The translations under genes were made by a program, and so were the position numbers. This document shows positions 62,956 through 64,000 of a DNA stretch of 64,000 bases, piece after piece. The notes below the pieces were generated by a model. The model was not told the origin of the DNA and did not search any database. It worked only from the letters and a program-made list of their open reading frames with translations. The DNA lies in the NCBI GenBank assembly GCA_963770835.1, contig CAVYRH010000026.1, positions 320,001 to 384,000 of the forward strand, written 5' to 3'. Source of the DNA: an uncultured Pseudomonadota bacterium (GTDB taxonomy: Bacteria; Oederibacteriota; Muellerivitia; Muellerivitales; Muellerivitaceae). The stretch's first letter is position 1. Each line of letters begins with the position of its first letter.

Positions 62956-63582
62956 ATGGGCTCCGGTGGAATCGTTATTCTCCTTTTAACAGCCGTCCTG
63001 GCGGGTTACATTCTGGTCACCGAAAAACCCTTCTCGAAAAAAATTCCAACATCCGGTGATTTGTTCGCGGGGCTCCCCAAGATAGGCGTCCAGCTGGTAA
63101 AAGCCCCGGAGGAAATGACCGAGCGGCTGACCCCCGCATGGCAAAGGGAACTTTGCCGGAAACTGGAAGAGGAAGGGTTCACGCTCCTGGGGGATTATTC
63201 CTACGCCTCCACCCTTTTCTTTTGGGCCCGGACCTTCATCGCGCCCGACCAAAAATCCGCGCTTCTGCTGGTGAACTGGGTCGAGGGCAAGGAGGGCGGG
63301 AAGGTGGTTATCAGCAACCTGGAGATTTATTCCTTCACGGGCAACTCCTTCCTGGTCACCGCCTGCGCGCAGGACGGCGCGGCCAAGCTTTTGACCGGCG
63401 CCAACCGGCCCACGGAAGAACAAATGTCCCTCCACCTGAAAGCCGTTTTCGCCGAAAGCGCGGTGCGGCCCATCGTTGAGGAGCACCAAAGACGCCTGAA
63501 GGCCTGGGAAGAAAAGGGAGTAAAGGTTCGCGAGTTGACGAAAGAGAACGTTCTGCCAAGCCTCTCGAAAATATTCTCCTAA
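62956..63582 (+). CDS. Hypothetical membrane-anchored protein
   Basis: GAGG RBS, N-terminal TM, open frame flanked by REP copies 3 and 4. Confidence 0.65.
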   Translation: MGSGGIVILLLTAVLAGYILVTEKPFSKKIPTSGDLFAGLPKIGVQLVKAPEEMTERLTPAWQRELCRKLEEEGFTLLGDYSYASTLFFWARTFIAPDQKSALLLVNWVEGKEGGKVVISNLEIYSFTGNSFLVTACAQDGAAKLLTGANRPTEEQMSLHLKAVFAESAVRPIVEEHQRRLKAWEEKGVKVRELTKENVLPSLSKIFS

Positions 63583-63601
63583 AACTAAAATATAAATTTC
63601 T

Positions 63602-63750
63602 GTCATTGCGAGGAGCGAATTTCGCGACGAAGCAACCTCAGTTTATGGGTGGTTTTAGCCTTGATTTTGGATCCATCGGAAAAGCATTTTTAAACTGGGG
63701 TTGCTTCGTCATAACCGAGCCCCTATTCGGGGCTCATTCCTCGCAATGAC
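63602..63750. repeat. REP-like nested palindrome, copy 4
   Basis: Same architecture; the first ~49 bp are identical to copy 3. Confidence 0.85.
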
Positions 63751-64000
63751 GGATTAAATGAATTTAAATTTTGCAGTTTAAACCGTTAAACCGCGCCGGG
63801 CCCTTCAGTTAAATCAAAAGTTAACGTTAGGTTAAGGGATTAGTGGTATCTTTTGAACACATCGGTAAATGTCCCTGACAGGAAGGTTTTCCGTGAGCGG
63901 AAGAACAGGCTGGCTGGAAAAATATAATAAGGGCCGCGTAGTTTCCATGGTGGAAGTGAAATACCACCGCGTCAAGATCAAGAAAACCCCGCGAAAAAAG

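Noticed and set aside
63947..64000. Possible gene start at the window end (MVEVKYHRVKIKK...)
   Set aside because: Too short to assign.
1..64000. tRNA, rRNA, integrase, reverse transcriptase or defence genes
   Set aside because: None was recognised by eye; tRNAscan and Infernal were not run.

Overview
GC-rich bacterial window with two parts. Roughly 1-45 kb is a plant-polysaccharide secretome island. It encodes ten secreted modular proteins: four GH30, a frameshifted GH74, GH62, a CE4-like deacetylase, an M12B-type metalloprotease, a PA14/CBM9-like protein and one 5'-truncated CBM3 protein. Most have long Thr/Pro linkers, and all end in a 'PNP...GxY...' C-terminal domain resembling the T9SS type-A/FlgD-Ig fold, present in two sequence classes plus one variant. 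Interleaved are two large PocR-like/AraC regulators, two HTH-only mini-LacI proteins, an IS1595-family element, an outer-membrane beta-barrel, and a frameshifted pirin whose 3' end is duplicated around a 6-kb cassette. An ECF sigma / anti-sigma(FlgD-Ig) / PA14-CBM9-CTD / PorV-like-TPR operon also lies here. Roughly 45-64 kb holds a Rieske/cytochrome b complex with an octaheme cytochrome c, heme A/O and SCO biogenesis genes, an IS5-family element inserted in a REP-like palindrome, and YbhB/TPM/LemA genes. The most interesting candidate is a CTD-tag export system with a PorV-like barrel coupled to an ECF/anti-sigma module; a candidate ECF promoter is shared by the sigma gene and a GH30 gene. A separate 21-bp-periodic AraC-type motif precedes four glycan-enzyme genes. 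The gene style does not look like typical Bacteroidota; a candidate-phylum organism such as FCPU426 is a guess only. All domain calls are by-eye motif recognition, not database searches.
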